Shown piece by piece: positions 31,232 through 41,380 of a DNA stretch of 64,000 nucleotides. The stretch spans positions 3,360,001 to 3,424,000 of the forward strand of contig OZ220741.1 in assembly GCA_965116885.1 (NCBI GenBank). The letters are read 5' to 3'. A program made the position numbers and the translations under genes. A model generated the notes under the pieces. That model ran no database searches. It was given only the letters and a program-made list of their open reading frames with translations, and was not told the DNA's origin. Source of the DNA: Candidatus Latescibacterota bacterium (GTDB lineage: Bacteria; Latescibacterota; UBA2968). How positions within the stretch are numbered: the stretch's first letter is position 1; every line of letters starts with the position of its first letter.

Positions 31232-32188
31232 TCAGCTATTGCACGCATACGCATCAAATACAATTTTTAAATCGCGTTTTGCGCGTGCAAAATCCGAATA
31301 AGGCTGACGCGAGCGGTTTTGAAGGCAGGATAGAAAATCAGCCATCATCGCGCGATAGCCCATCAAATCTTTCAGACCCGGCCAAAGAATCCGAAAGCCT
31401 TTCTGGGGTTTGCGTATGTAAATGCCGTTGCTTTCAAAAACAATGCGTCCGTGCGTGCCTTCGATATAAGAGTGCTGAAAAACGCCTTTTGTCAAACTGG
31501 GCGTTTGCCACGAGTAATGCAATTCGGCAATTGCGCCTGTGGGATAGACTATCCGCACGACAGATTCGCGCTCTGGTGTACTGCTGGAAGAGCCAGGGAA
31601 TATCGCTTCGACCTGTTCGGGCACTGCATCGAATAGATCTGAAATCAGGGCGATAAAATGAATACCGCCTTCCAGCAAAGCACCATGAGCACTTTTCCAA
31701 CCCTGCGCCTGCTGCGTTGTGAGTTTTTTTACTGAGACTGAACGCATTTCGCCAATATCGCCCTGGGTGACCATGTGCTTGATGTACGATAGCGAGGGTT
31801 TGTAATAATAATTCTCGGCGATCATCAATAGGGAGGTCTCGACCCGTTCCCGCACGGTCTCGATCTCGACAATTTCCTCTGGCGAGATGCACATCGGTTT
31901 TTCGACGAGTACGGCTTTGCCAACCTCTAATAGTGCGATTATCTGGTCTTTGTGATGCTCTGGCGGGGAAGCGATCACCACGGCGTCCACATCACTTTCC
32001 AATACGGCGTTCAGGTCGTCAAAGATGCCCTCGCCCTTAAACTTGAGATTGAACTTGTACGCGCTTACCCGTGACCGACTGCAAAAATATAACATTGCTC
32101 GCCATTGCAAATTTTTCGCATGAAGCGCGCCGATATTCCCACAGCCCAGGATACAGATACGGGGCTTTTTATACGTTATATGATCCAT
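31232..32188 (-). CDS. Gfo/Idh/MocA family oxidoreductase
   Basis: ILGCGNIG, VLVEKP, GALLEGGIH. Confidence 0.88.
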   Translation of the reverse strand: MDHITYKKPRICILGCGNIGALHAKNLQWRAMLYFCSRSRVSAYKFNLKFKGEGIFDDLNAVLESDVDAVVIASPPEHHKDQIIALLEVGKAVLVEKPMCISPEEIVEIETVRERVETSLLMIAENYYYKPSLSYIKHMVTQGDIGEMRSVSVKKLTTQQAQGWKSAHGALLEGGIHFIALISDLFDAVPEQVEAIFPGSSSSTPERESVVRIVYPTGAIAELHYSWQTPSLTKGVFQHSYIEGTHGRIVFESNGIYIRKPQKGFRILWPGLKDLMGYRAMMADFLSCLQNRSRQPYSDFARAKRDLKIVFDAYACNS

Positions 32189-32194
32189 TAACGT

Positions 32195-32584
32195 TCATAC
32201 CTGTTGACCGAGGCAATAGCACAATCCGTCCGGCGCAATGACGAAGAATAAGCGAAAGGATTTATCGCCGTGTTGGTCAATCCGATAATCGGGGTTGTCA
32301 TTTTGCAGTCCATTGTTCTTTAATTCATTGAAGGCGACTTCGACATCATCCACTTCAAAAAAACAACCCTCCTGGGTCGGATCACCACCATTCTCTGCCA
32401 GGCCGATCTGAATATCGTCTCTTGCGAGTATAGCGGACTTACAGGGCGCGTCTTTCCGAGATACGACCTGAAATCCCATGATTGTTTCGTAAAAAGGGAT
32501 GGCCTCTTCCAGATTTTCAACTGGGAGGTTCATAGCGTCTTGCAAGTAGGGCGAGGCTGTTTTGAATAAGGCTTTGGTTTTCAT
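32195..32584 (-). CDS. VOC/glyoxalase family protein
   Basis: LPVENLEEAIPFY...FFEVDDVE...APDG. Confidence 0.8.
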   Translation of the reverse strand: MKTKALFKTASPYLQDAMNLPVENLEEAIPFYETIMGFQVVSRKDAPCKSAILARDDIQIGLAENGGDPTQEGCFFEVDDVEVAFNELKNNGLQNDNPDYRIDQHGDKSFRLFFVIAPDGLCYCLGQQV

Positions 32585-32606
32585 ACTTACTCCTTAAAGA
32601 TTGAGC

Positions 32607-33005
32607 CTATACGAATACTGAGGGTGAGACACCGAATCGTTCGGACAAAGCACGTATTTGACGGACATTCAACTTGCGCTTGCCAGCCAAAATCTCCGAA
32701 ACCACTCCTTGCGAACCCACCTCCGGCAAATCCGATTGAGTCAATTCATGCTCTTCCATGAGGAAACGAAGTGAATCCACACCCTCTGACCTGGGCAGGG
32801 GATGGTGTTGTTCCTCCCATGTGTGGACAACAGTACCCAGTGTATCAAGTAAAGAATAAAGAGGGTGCCGCTCATCAGTACCCACCTCATCTATCAGGTC
32901 GTTGAGACGCTCTATTGCAAGATCATAGTCCCGTTCGTCCTGAATCATGAGTAAAGGACTCACTTGCGTCCAGGATCGCTGAAGCTGTGGGGTAATAACA
33001 CTCAT
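32607..33005 (-). CDS. higA: HigA-type HTH antitoxin
   Basis: LRFLMEEHELTQSDL.EVGSQGVVSEILAGKRKLN; ATGA overlap with toxin stop. Confidence 0.9.
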   Translation of the reverse strand: MSVITPQLQRSWTQVSPLLMIQDERDYDLAIERLNDLIDEVGTDERHPLYSLLDTLGTVVHTWEEQHHPLPRSEGVDSLRFLMEEHELTQSDLPEVGSQGVVSEILAGKRKLNVRQIRALSERFGVSPSVFV

Positions 33006-33289
33006 GTCATCCATCCTCCACGGTCATAAGCCTGATGCGTAAGTATATGACGGATATATACTTTGCCACGGTTGAAGTGAATAGAGGCAATCAGACGGTA
33101 TTTATTGCCAGCGATGTTGAACACGACGAATGCTCCGACTTTGTCAGCAGAAGGAAAGGTGCGGCGCAATGCCGCAAAATTATGAAACTGAGTCTGGTGC
33201 ATGATCTTGAACCAGCGAATCAGAGGCTCCTCGCTGTCGGGATGCTGTGTCCAAAATACTCGCAAGGCTTTGCGTGAGATGATGTGCAT
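33002..33289 (-). CDS. higB: HigB-type toxin
   Basis: MHIISRKAL...FPSADKVG...VFNIAGNKYRLI...THQAYD. Confidence 0.92.
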   Translation of the reverse strand: MHIISRKALRVFWTQHPDSEEPLIRWFKIMHQTQFHNFAALRRTFPSADKVGAFVVFNIAGNKYRLIASIHFNRGKVYIRHILTHQAYDRGGWMT

Positions 33290-33293
33290 TTAT

Positions 33294-33328
33294 ACCATAA
33301 TATATCGCAAGTTGAGATATATTGCAAA
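33294..33328 (-). promoter_or_regulatory. higBA promoter with palindromic operator (probably leaderless or very short leader)
   Basis: TTGCAA-17 bp-TATATT; inverted repeat AATATATCGCAA-G-TTGAGATATATT at 33299-33323; no RBS before ATG. Confidence 0.7.
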
Positions 33329-33339
33329 TGGGTGACGAT

Positions 33340-35181
33340 TCATTCCTTCTTCTGGGCTGTGGCGCGAGTTATCCCTTCCGCAGGCACATCCACCCGCACG
33401 GTCAGCACGGTATATCTCCCATCGTCGCTGGTGACCATCGCTTCCAGACGTCCTCCATCCACCGCGTACGCTCCTGCTGGTAGCACAAATGTCACCCGGC
33501 AATCGGGAAATGCGTCTTCCAGAATATTGGTCACTGTCGCTGTCACTTTGTCGTGTTTCCCGTCGTTACCCGGATCGTATGTCACGCTAAGTGGTGGTGG
33601 CCCCGATCGATCAAAAGGAATGGGAGCAATAGTATCTCCTCGATAGGTCGCCGATGTTACATGACCATCTTTAAAACGCACCACCCGAAAACTGCTGCTA
33701 TTGCTTTTGCCTACCCGCGTCGTGGGTGTGGCTCCAATGGTCATCACCTTTTCCCCGGGGCCATGCGCGTCGTGGATCAGCTTTACCTTATGCCTATCCA
33801 GAAATGTCTCTACCGGCGCATTGTGCTCGAATGCGTTGATTATCTTGATCTTAGCCTTCGCTCGCGAGGATAAAAGCGCGTTGGCTTGCGATAGATCCAC
33901 ATGCCAGGGATGACCAAAATTCAGGATGCATAGGTCTGGCCCATGATCGATGATTCCCACCTGATCTCCATACCACCTCTCGTGTCCGTAAAATTGGTGA
34001 TTGCCGAATGTAATCGCATAGGGCATCTCCAGTACCAGATGTGATCCCGAGATATACGCCGGGTTCACCGCATTGCTAATCAGGACCATATCCGGCGCGA
34101 TCAGGTTGGCGACTTCGGCCAGTTGTCTCTCGTATTCCGCCTGGTACTGTCCCTGCGTGTCCAGGTGTCCAAACGTCATAAAAACCGGATCTTTCGGATA
34201 GTCTCGAACGACGTACACGCTTCTGGGAGACTGCCGCGTGAAATCTCCTCGCGAGCCGGACACCTTTATCGATAGATCGTATAACCCAGATGGTATGTCT
34301 TGAGGTAGCTTTACCGTACCTTCCCGATCATAATAAAACTTCGCACTCGGATCTTCCTCAAATACTACCGTGCGTGAGATCATAGCTGGCCCAATCCGAC
34401 GCGACAACTTCACTTGCCCTATCGTGTGATCGTAGGCTCCCAACCGCACCCGAAAAGATTCACCGGGCCGACGGATGTCAGGGTGTCCCAGAACCGGGAA
34501 TCGGAAGCCTTGTGGTCTGGTCTCCGGATTCCGGTGTAGATATACTGGTGGCAGGCGCGTTTCTTTTCCTTTTTGAATCGCGATTTCTTCAATTTTTTGA
34601 GACTCCCATCCGTGCGCAATCAATTCCAGTGAATATCCCATTCCTGCGGGTAGGCCAGTCAGACGACACGCCCCCGATAACCAATTCCGCACCAGCGTGT
34701 TCCGCACTATTTGACCACTCTGGCGTACCACCGCTCGTGCATCTACGAAGAATCCATTTTCCTCTCCGTTGAGTACAAATGACAGTTCTCCAGAATGCTC
34801 CGCCAGGACTCGAAAACCAGATATACGGCAGCCCGTCTCGCCCCTGTTCTGACGATGCTCAACGCGTACCCGGTGTTTCCCCAGCGTCAGTCCCCTCGCC
34901 AGTACCACCTCTCGTGCTTCGTTACCCGGATACAAGATGCGCGGACTCCCATCATCCACTGTCACAATTAGTTTTCCCAGAGAAGGTTTTCCGTAGGCCG
35001 ACACGGCGTGCTGGCCCAGACCGAGTGCCACTCCTGTACCGGTAAATTCAAACGTCAAGGCAGCACCATTATCCTCCGTCTCCAGACAGGCTGTCCTGGC
35101 ATACCGGAACTGGCTCTCCCACCACGTACCTGATTGCAGCACACGGACTGTATCCAGAGCAGATATCCACTCCTTACTCAT
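33340..35181 (-). CDS. Hypothetical multidomain protein with beta-sandwich N-terminus and degenerate metallophosphoesterase-like domain
   Basis: 613-aa ORF with RBS; LTFEFTGTGV module; PDMVLIS, FGNHQ, HDAHG. Confidence 0.65.
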   Translation of the reverse strand: MSKEWISALDTVRVLQSGTWWESQFRYARTACLETEDNGAALTFEFTGTGVALGLGQHAVSAYGKPSLGKLIVTVDDGSPRILYPGNEAREVVLARGLTLGKHRVRVEHRQNRGETGCRISGFRVLAEHSGELSFVLNGEENGFFVDARAVVRQSGQIVRNTLVRNWLSGACRLTGLPAGMGYSLELIAHGWESQKIEEIAIQKGKETRLPPVYLHRNPETRPQGFRFPVLGHPDIRRPGESFRVRLGAYDHTIGQVKLSRRIGPAMISRTVVFEEDPSAKFYYDREGTVKLPQDIPSGLYDLSIKVSGSRGDFTRQSPRSVYVVRDYPKDPVFMTFGHLDTQGQYQAEYERQLAEVANLIAPDMVLISNAVNPAYISGSHLVLEMPYAITFGNHQFYGHERWYGDQVGIIDHGPDLCILNFGHPWHVDLSQANALLSSRAKAKIKIINAFEHNAPVETFLDRHKVKLIHDAHGPGEKVMTIGATPTTRVGKSNSSSFRVVRFKDGHVTSATYRGDTIAPIPFDRSGPPPLSVTYDPGNDGKHDKVTATVTNILEDAFPDCRVTFVLPAGAYAVDGGRLEAMVTSDDGRYTVLTVRVDVPAEGITRATAQKKE

Positions 35182-35198
35182 CGGTATTTATCCCTCTT

Positions 35199-36092
35199 TT
35201 AGACACGCACTTCTCTTGGCACAACATCCAGATCCCACGCCTGCCAGTAGTATTTCACTGGATCGTTCTCGTCCCATTTTTCATACACATCTTCCCATGT
35301 CAGCCAATTCATATGCGGCTGTAGTGAATCATCTCGAACTGGATGGCTTCGCGGTTGATACCGGTAATCAGATGAAATGCGCAGAAGGTCTGCTGACTCG
35401 TTATCGCGTCCCTGATGAATGGTCAGGCTGTGTAAAATAATCACGTCACCGCACATATAGTCGCCGCCGATCCAGACGGAATCCTCTTCGACGGGAACCT
35501 GACGGCCACCTGGTCCCACGCCTTCGAATGTTTCCAGTTTACCTCGCCGGTGCGATCCTCGGGCGACGGCGAGTCCACCGAGTTCTTCTGGACAGTCACC
35601 GCAGGGGATCCAGGCTGTCCATGTCTCGTCCGATCCTCCTATAAAGTAATTGTCCTGGTGCGGCGGAGTCGAATGGGTATTGGTATTGGGGAAGACAAGG
35701 CGGCAGATGTTTCGGCTGTGCGGGAGTACATGTTCACCGAATAGAACTTCGAACGCCCGAATTAGAGGAGGTTCGAGCGCCAGTGCGTGAAAGTCTCGAA
35801 TTTTCAGTACATCACCATAAAATGCCTGCCAGCGCGGGTCTTTGCTCTCGACGACCTGAATGTCGGGGTCTGCAATGCCCTCTGTCAGTTCAGAGCCGTC
35901 CATCAGCCACCCGTGGTCCCGACAGACGCTGAGGATCTGATGTCGAACCTCGATTACACGTTCCGGATCGAGCAGGTTGCGAAAGAACAAATACCCGTTT
36001 TCTTTTGCCTGTTGTCGAAGCTTCTCAGGATTCTGCAACAAATCCGTCGCATCTTCAAGCGCCTCAATCTGTTTCATTTCAATCATCGCCAT
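35199..36092 (-). CDS. PhyH family dioxygenase
   Basis: PPHQD, WTAWIP, RGSH, GDVIILHSLTIH, RISSDYRYQ. Confidence 0.9.
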   Translation of the reverse strand: MAMIEMKQIEALEDATDLLQNPEKLRQQAKENGYLFFRNLLDPERVIEVRHQILSVCRDHGWLMDGSELTEGIADPDIQVVESKDPRWQAFYGDVLKIRDFHALALEPPLIRAFEVLFGEHVLPHSRNICRLVFPNTNTHSTPPHQDNYFIGGSDETWTAWIPCGDCPEELGGLAVARGSHRRGKLETFEGVGPGGRQVPVEEDSVWIGGDYMCGDVIILHSLTIHQGRDNESADLLRISSDYRYQPRSHPVRDDSLQPHMNWLTWEDVYEKWDENDPVKYYWQAWDLDVVPREVRV

Positions 36093-36119
36093 TATGACGG
36101 TCTCCTTTTTCTGAACGAG

Positions 36120-36488
36120 TTAGGACCTGTGCCAGGGATCTAACTCTTGAATTTCGTCTGGTTCAGGCATGGTCGTAAATTGGACTGCTTTTATCGTCTT
36201 ACGGCCTTCAAGTATCGCTTTGCACAAACGATGGCCGCCATCCATGAGTGATCCATCTGCATTTAGAATGATAGGATATTTCAGGGAAGCGTGGTTAATT
36301 TTTTTACAATGTCGCGCGATCTCTCTTAGTGTGGGTTTCTTTTGCCCAAACCAGCAATCTTTGTCTAACTCTTTAATTGATGATATATCGATTTCAAATG
36401 GAGGAAGATCTCTGGACTGCATCCAGAGTTTTTCGGTGTACCACACGAGCCGTTTACCATCGCGTATTGTACTGTGTTTCTGTGGCAC
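36120..36488 (-). CDS. Small ParB/Srx-like domain protein
   Basis: YPIILNADGSLMDGGHRLCKA; AGGAGG RBS before GTG. Confidence 0.7.
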   Translation of the reverse strand: MPQKHSTIRDGKRLVWYTEKLWMQSRDLPPFEIDISSIKELDKDCWFGQKKPTLREIARHCKKINHASLKYPIILNADGSLMDGGHRLCKAILEGRKTIKAVQFTTMPEPDEIQELDPWHRS

Positions 36489-36501
36489 GATTCCTCCTTT
36501 T

Positions 36502-37017
36502 TCAAGCCATACTCAGGCTGTATCGAATTTCTCTGCGTTCAACTCCTGCAAGGGGTTCTGATTTTTGTGCGCCATCCGCACTGAATCCGAATTTTTGATA
36601 GAAGGAAATCGCTCTCTGGTTGGTTTCGAGAAGCCAAATTTTCACCGTTGAGCAATTCATATTGCGAAGGGCCGTAAGAGATGCCTCCATCAGCTTTCGA
36701 CCAATGCCGCGGTCCCAGAATTCTTCAAGGGCGTAGATTGCATAGACTTCGCCAACGGCGTTTTTATCCAGTCCTTCATCTCGTACGGGGCCAAAGCTGA
36801 TGAATGCAACGATCCTTTGCTCTACTTCAGCTACAAGTACTTTGTTGGAGGGGCTGTTGAGGGTCAGGTGCCATTGTTTCTCCCTCTGGTCAACAGACAA
36901 ATTATCGAGGATGTCATCGGGCAATTGCCCCTTGTACGCAGCCTGCCATGACCGAACGTGGACCTCGGCCAAGCCCCTGGCGTCGTTTTTGGAAGGTTCT
37001 CGGATGATTATTGTCAT
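36502..37017 (-). CDS. GNAT N-acetyltransferase
   Basis: HVRSWQAAY, GEVYAIY, RGIGRKL, NQRAISFYQKFGF. Confidence 0.92.
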   Translation of the reverse strand: MTIIIREPSKNDARGLAEVHVRSWQAAYKGQLPDDILDNLSVDQREKQWHLTLNSPSNKVLVAEVEQRIVAFISFGPVRDEGLDKNAVGEVYAIYALEEFWDRGIGRKLMEASLTALRNMNCSTVKIWLLETNQRAISFYQKFGFSADGAQKSEPLAGVERREIRYSLSMA

Positions 37018-37055
37018 GGTGGGCGGCCTTTCAAAGTGATGGTGCCTTTCCTCAT
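37014..37055 (-). other. 13-aa junction mini-ORF MRKGTITLKGRPP
   Basis: ATGA overlap with upstream stop and ATGA overlap with downstream start. Confidence 0.5.
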
Positions 37056-37993
37056 TTCTTGAGCGCGTCTCTTACGGCTCTGGCGAGTCCCGGGTGCTTC
37101 TGCAGGGTGCTCAAGCGAGAGATGACGAGATTGCCGCCGCCGTGTTTCAGGGCGATTTCTATCTCTTTGGCAAGGCGTTCGGGTGTGCGTACGAAGCCAG
37201 GCAAGTCGTGAATGCCGATGAAGGAGACAAAGCGGTTGATCTCTGGATTTTCCAGGCGCTTCATTTCGGCGGCTTCCATTTCAACGCGTTCGAGTCGCCA
37301 TTCGGGGGGATAGAACCAGGAGATGGTCTGTGTGCAATAGTCGAGTTTGTATTTGGCGCCAATGTACTCGTCGGGAAGGAAGTGCGGCCAGACGTGGTTG
37401 GTGACGATGGCATTGGGATCTATGGATTTAGCGTGGTTGTAGAGGAGGCGGTGAACGTCAATGAGCGTTTGCGTGGAGACTTTGCCCATGATTTCGATAT
37501 CGGACAGGTCGGGGGTTTGCTCGCGCGCTTCTTTACGCAGGGTTTCACAGAGGTCACAGAAACAGGCGTAGTGGTTGACAAAGCCAAAGCCGTCGAGGGC
37601 GATCCCGTCGGCGATAGCCAGGGCGAGTTCAGCCCGCTTCTTGAGTTCGGCCTGCGATTCGGGATGCTCGAAACAGAGGACTGTTCTCGGTAAGATAAAC
37701 GATTGCCAGCGGTAGCTCTCTCCATGCGGGTGTCCGGCAATGGCGTCCAAGACTTTGTATTCGAATTCGCGCATTTTCTGAAGACAATGCGGATAGGTAT
37801 TTTCAAAGTCGTCGTCGGAATAGGGGAAGACGGTGGCGATGATCTGAATGTCCCGTTTATGTGCTTGCGCGACCATTTCAGGCGTGGCGCTATTGGTAAT
37901 AAGCATGTTGCAGCCAAGGTCAGCCACAAAATCGACGGCTTGTTCGCGTTTGGTGTCGGTTCTAAGACGATCGATGGCCCAAACGGCTTTCAT
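37052..37993 (-). CDS. Hypothetical protein, possible glycoside-hydrolase-like TIM barrel
   Basis: AAAGGA RBS before ATG 37993; LCFEHP, DGIALD, CFCDLC. Confidence 0.6.
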   Translation of the reverse strand: MKAVWAIDRLRTDTKREQAVDFVADLGCNMLITNSATPEMVAQAHKRDIQIIATVFPYSDDDFENTYPHCLQKMREFEYKVLDAIAGHPHGESYRWQSFILPRTVLCFEHPESQAELKKRAELALAIADGIALDGFGFVNHYACFCDLCETLRKEAREQTPDLSDIEIMGKVSTQTLIDVHRLLYNHAKSIDPNAIVTNHVWPHFLPDEYIGAKYKLDYCTQTISWFYPPEWRLERVEMEAAEMKRLENPEINRFVSFIGIHDLPGFVRTPERLAKEIEIALKHGGGNLVISRLSTLQKHPGLARAVRDALKK

Positions 37994-38041
37994 AGGGAGA
38001 TGTCCTTTCTGAAGTTGGGCAACGGTTATCATCTGGTTCTG

Positions 38042-38497
38042 TCAGGTAATATCTCCCAGGTATATGGGAGGTGCTCCGGGTTCAGAGCCAAGATAATCGA
38101 GTAAGGGCTTAGGATAGAATCTCAGGTTCTTGAGTTCACTAATGCTCATCCATTTCACCCCAACCTGGATTGAATCTCCCTCTGGGGCTTCGGAGGCATT
38201 ATAGTCTTCATCAACGGAACATCGGAAGATGAAGTCAATTAAATGGACACCCTTCGTCCGGGAACCCTCGTGATTGTCAGTGATATATTCTCGAACAAAG
38301 TTTAAACCTTCAACTGTGACGTCAGCCCCTATTTCTTCTTGACATTCCCGCTTGAGCGCATCTATAAGTGTCTCTTTGCCGGGGTCCATGCCACCCCCTG
38401 GCAGAATGTACCAAAGACCTTTGTCATCGATATTCTCGGTAACGAGAATTTGGTCGCCTCTCTGAATCAGAGCCTTGGCTGCATTTCGCAAGTTCAT
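38042..38497 (-). CDS. NUDIX hydrolase
   Basis: LPGGGMDPGKETLIDALKRECQEEIG Nudix box. Confidence 0.92.
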   Translation of the reverse strand: MNLRNAAKALIQRGDQILVTENIDDKGLWYILPGGGMDPGKETLIDALKRECQEEIGADVTVEGLNFVREYITDNHEGSRTKGVHLIDFIFRCSVDEDYNASEAPEGDSIQVGVKWMSISELKNLRFYPKPLLDYLGSEPGAPPIYLGDIT

Positions 38498-38507
38498 AAT
38501 AGATACC

Positions 38508-38531
38508 TCAAGCGAATCTCACGCTACTCAT
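38508..38531 (-). other. 7-aa junction mini-ORF MSSVRFA
   Basis: ATGA overlap with PhoD stop; its TGA overlaps the GAGGT RBS of the NUDIX gene. Confidence 0.45.
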
Positions 38532-39871
38532 CTCAGATCATTTTCTCCCAACACGTATTTGATCTGTACGTTCCCGTCTTTATCGACAATTTTCATGTTT
38601 AGCTCGCGGTTTCCTTTAGGGCCTGAGAAACGGAGTAGCCCAAAGTTGAAACCGGGATAGACGGTTGCGATACTCTGTGGGTTTCCGCGCCAGCCCGAGC
38701 GGGGTCTTTGAACGATTGGGTCTGTCCTGACAGCGGCGTTGGAACTGAGCAATTCAAAGAGGGGATAGGTGTCCTGTCCCTCGCGATAGAGGCGGTTGAG
38801 CGTTCCGACGTGCCAATCGCCTGCGATGAAGACGACACCGGTGATGTTTTCGGCGAACATCCATTTCAGGAAGTCGTCTCGCTCTGTACTGAAGTTGTCC
38901 CATCGCTCGCCGCGTCCGGTGAAGTCAACGACCATGCTATTTCCATTGGCGATCACTTTGAACGTCGCTGTGCTCGCCTTCAAGGACGCTTTCAGCCAGT
39001 CGATCTGGCCCTGGCCGAACATTGTCTTGCGGTCTTCTGCTTCATTCGGGTCCCTATGATAGCGATCGTCGAGCATGAAGAACTCGACATCGGAAATTCG
39101 AAACTTGTGAAAGATCCCCTTTGTCTGGGAAGTGCCCCCGCCCGAATTAGGCCAATACCGTCGATACAGTTCCAGGGTCTCTTCCCGGTAGGAGAATGTG
39201 CGATCGGAGTTGTTAGGCCCATAGTCGTGGTCGTCCCAGATCCCATAGCTGGGCGTCGTCGCCATTAGTGCTCTGATTTCCGGCACATGTCGTACTTCCC
39301 GATGATATCCCGCCATTGCATAGCGGACTGGATCCGGGTCCTCGCCGTAGTGACTGGATCGTCCCGGCATGTAGTTGATGTCGCCAATAAAGAGAAATGC
39401 GTTTGGACGGTGCTGCAAAACTTCTGCAAATGCGGGTTGCATGGGCTGTGTAGCCGGATTCAGGCAGGAACCAAATCCTACGGAGAAATCAGCGACATAG
39501 GTTGAGTCATTTCGCCTCGGTTGCATCGCGGGCATTGTGCGGAATACCTGGGGAACAAGTGCTCTTACCTGTTTCCCATTTACCGAAATCGCGTAGTGAA
39601 CCCTCGTGTTCTGCACAAGTCCGTTCAGTGTCACCGTGCCGGTGTGGGGATAGCTCTCAGAGGTCATCGTTTCTACTGCTGAACGGGTGATCTCCATTGC
39701 CCTGCCCGTTTGTGTCCAGTAATCCACTGTGACCTTCGCTGGCGCGTCTGTCTCAACCCAGATTATCGCCGATGATGTCGTCGTATGGCTTATCATTGGG
39801 CCTGCAAGTAGCTCTGCGGCCATTATCCGCGTTGGAATAAGCATCAGTACTGTCAGGATCAAAATTCTCAT
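38528..39871 (-). CDS. phoD: Alkaline phosphatase D family protein
   Basis: FGSC, IGDINY, IWDDHDYGPN, MLDDRYHR, AGDWH. Confidence 0.88.
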   Translation of the reverse strand: MRILILTVLMLIPTRIMAAELLAGPMISHTTTSSAIIWVETDAPAKVTVDYWTQTGRAMEITRSAVETMTSESYPHTGTVTLNGLVQNTRVHYAISVNGKQVRALVPQVFRTMPAMQPRRNDSTYVADFSVGFGSCLNPATQPMQPAFAEVLQHRPNAFLFIGDINYMPGRSSHYGEDPDPVRYAMAGYHREVRHVPEIRALMATTPSYGIWDDHDYGPNNSDRTFSYREETLELYRRYWPNSGGGTSQTKGIFHKFRISDVEFFMLDDRYHRDPNEAEDRKTMFGQGQIDWLKASLKASTATFKVIANGNSMVVDFTGRGERWDNFSTERDDFLKWMFAENITGVVFIAGDWHVGTLNRLYREGQDTYPLFELLSSNAAVRTDPIVQRPRSGWRGNPQSIATVYPGFNFGLLRFSGPKGNRELNMKIVDKDGNVQIKYVLGENDLR

Positions 39872-40368
39872 TTCTCCTCCTCTTGTGTAAAGGCTTTGGA
39901 AAGTATTGTTTTTGCCAGTTCTTCGGATCGCTGAGAGCCAATCAATAATCGCTTTCCATTGGTTAATTCCAATTGTACGCCTCGATCTCCACTCACATTA
40001 TAAGCCATTCCTTTAGCTCCATATCGAATTCCCCATCCGCCGTATTCTTTGATTGGGCTGTATTGTCTGGCATCACATTTTGCAATTTCTGAGAATGGAA
40101 TTATCTCTTTCTTCAGCGGAAAGAATCGGATGTGAATGGCGTCATTTTTGACATCCGTTACCATCTTTATCGAAAGCATAAACACCGGTACTAATACCAG
40201 AGCCAGAATACTGACACCATAAATAAGCGTATTGGTGCCAGACATTGGCCAGTTCCGAAATACCGTGAATCCTATATAGATCAAAGCTGAGATGCAAGGT
40301 ACAAGTACAATAGCCAATAGCCAGCCCTGTCTAAATTGCTGAATTTCGCTGAAATTTGAGTTGTCCAT
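39868..40368 (-). CDS. Membrane protein, DUF6141-like
   Basis: FSEIQQFRQ, two TM helices, YGGWGIR, LLIGSQ. Confidence 0.75.
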   Translation of the reverse strand: MDNSNFSEIQQFRQGWLLAIVLVPCISALIYIGFTVFRNWPMSGTNTLIYGVSILALVLVPVFMLSIKMVTDVKNDAIHIRFFPLKKEIIPFSEIAKCDARQYSPIKEYGGWGIRYGAKGMAYNVSGDRGVQLELTNGKRLLIGSQRSEELAKTILSKAFTQEEEK

Positions 40369-41358
40369 TTATGACTCCCAGGGTATGGGTACATCGATCT
40401 CTGTGGCAATGTGCTGCAACATGTCGAGATGTTCTTCGGTCAACGGGATACCGCTTTGTTCGCGTTCTTGTTCGCGTTGCCATTCCAAACTGCCGGGGAC
40501 TTCGGCGCTCGACAAGCCCGGCATGGGGTTCAGCGACCGGCTTTCGCGCAAGATGCGAGAGATTTCTGCCTTATAAGCCTCCAGATCGCCCAGTTGAGCC
40601 ACATCAATCGCCACAATCATAAATCCTCGCGTGGCACTTGAATATTTTGGTTTGTGCGATTCGGGTGTCGCTGTGCCCGATAGAATGCCCGCCAGGAACC
40701 ACGATGTAAATCGCATGCCCAAACTTTTAAAAATAAAATCTGGAAATGTCTGCAATGCCTCGGCGAGTTTGCTGCGGTCTTTCAACATGTTTGCGTTCAT
40801 GTCCAGTACAAAAGGCGGGCCTTCTGCCGTTGGTATGCCAAAACACATCGGGGGAGCAGACATCGCATCCCATACCGTTGCATCGGGGCGCGTCGGTTTG
40901 ACCCAGGCGATTCCCCCTGCCACGCAAAAGGTCGCCAGATCGCGCGTTAGTGCCAGCCGCGCGTAGATCCCCGCGCTGCCCACATGGCCGTGATTGCGCG
41001 TGCTCGCAACGGCAATGCCATTTGTTTTCGCCTTTTCAATGACGGCCTCTGTTGCCCGCGTTGCCACGAGGTAACCCGCACCGCCATCCCCGTCAAAAAT
41101 CGCCATTGAAGGGGCATCCGTAATCTGAACAATTTGGGGCTGTGGGTTAATGCGCCCTTCTCGAAACTCAGCCACATACCGCCGTAACTGTCGCGTGCCG
41201 TGTGTAGCCACGCCGCGCAAATCTACATCTACCAGATAGCGCGCGATCAACGCGGCGTCGCCATTGGGCAAATGGACTTTGCGCAATGCTGCGGTAGCAA
41301 AGTTGCGTAACAGGTCAGGCATTATACGCCTGGCGTCTTCGGGGATATAAACGGGCAT
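40369..41358 (-). CDS. Ldh_2 (malate/L-lactate/ureidoglycolate dehydrogenase-like) oxidoreductase
   Basis: DLRGVATHG, FDGDGGAG, RNHGHVG, VLDM, VPG. Confidence 0.88.
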   Translation of the reverse strand: MPVYIPEDARRIMPDLLRNFATAALRKVHLPNGDAALIARYLVDVDLRGVATHGTRQLRRYVAEFREGRINPQPQIVQITDAPSMAIFDGDGGAGYLVATRATEAVIEKAKTNGIAVASTRNHGHVGSAGIYARLALTRDLATFCVAGGIAWVKPTRPDATVWDAMSAPPMCFGIPTAEGPPFVLDMNANMLKDRSKLAEALQTFPDFIFKSLGMRFTSWFLAGILSGTATPESHKPKYSSATRGFMIVAIDVAQLGDLEAYKAEISRILRESRSLNPMPGLSSAEVPGSLEWQREQEREQSGIPLTEEHLDMLQHIATEIDVPIPWES

Positions 41359-41380
41359 GAGAGTCTCCTGCGAGGTGGAA

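Noticed and set aside
36120..36488. Chromosome/plasmid partition locus
   Set aside because: No parA, no HTH region, no parS seen
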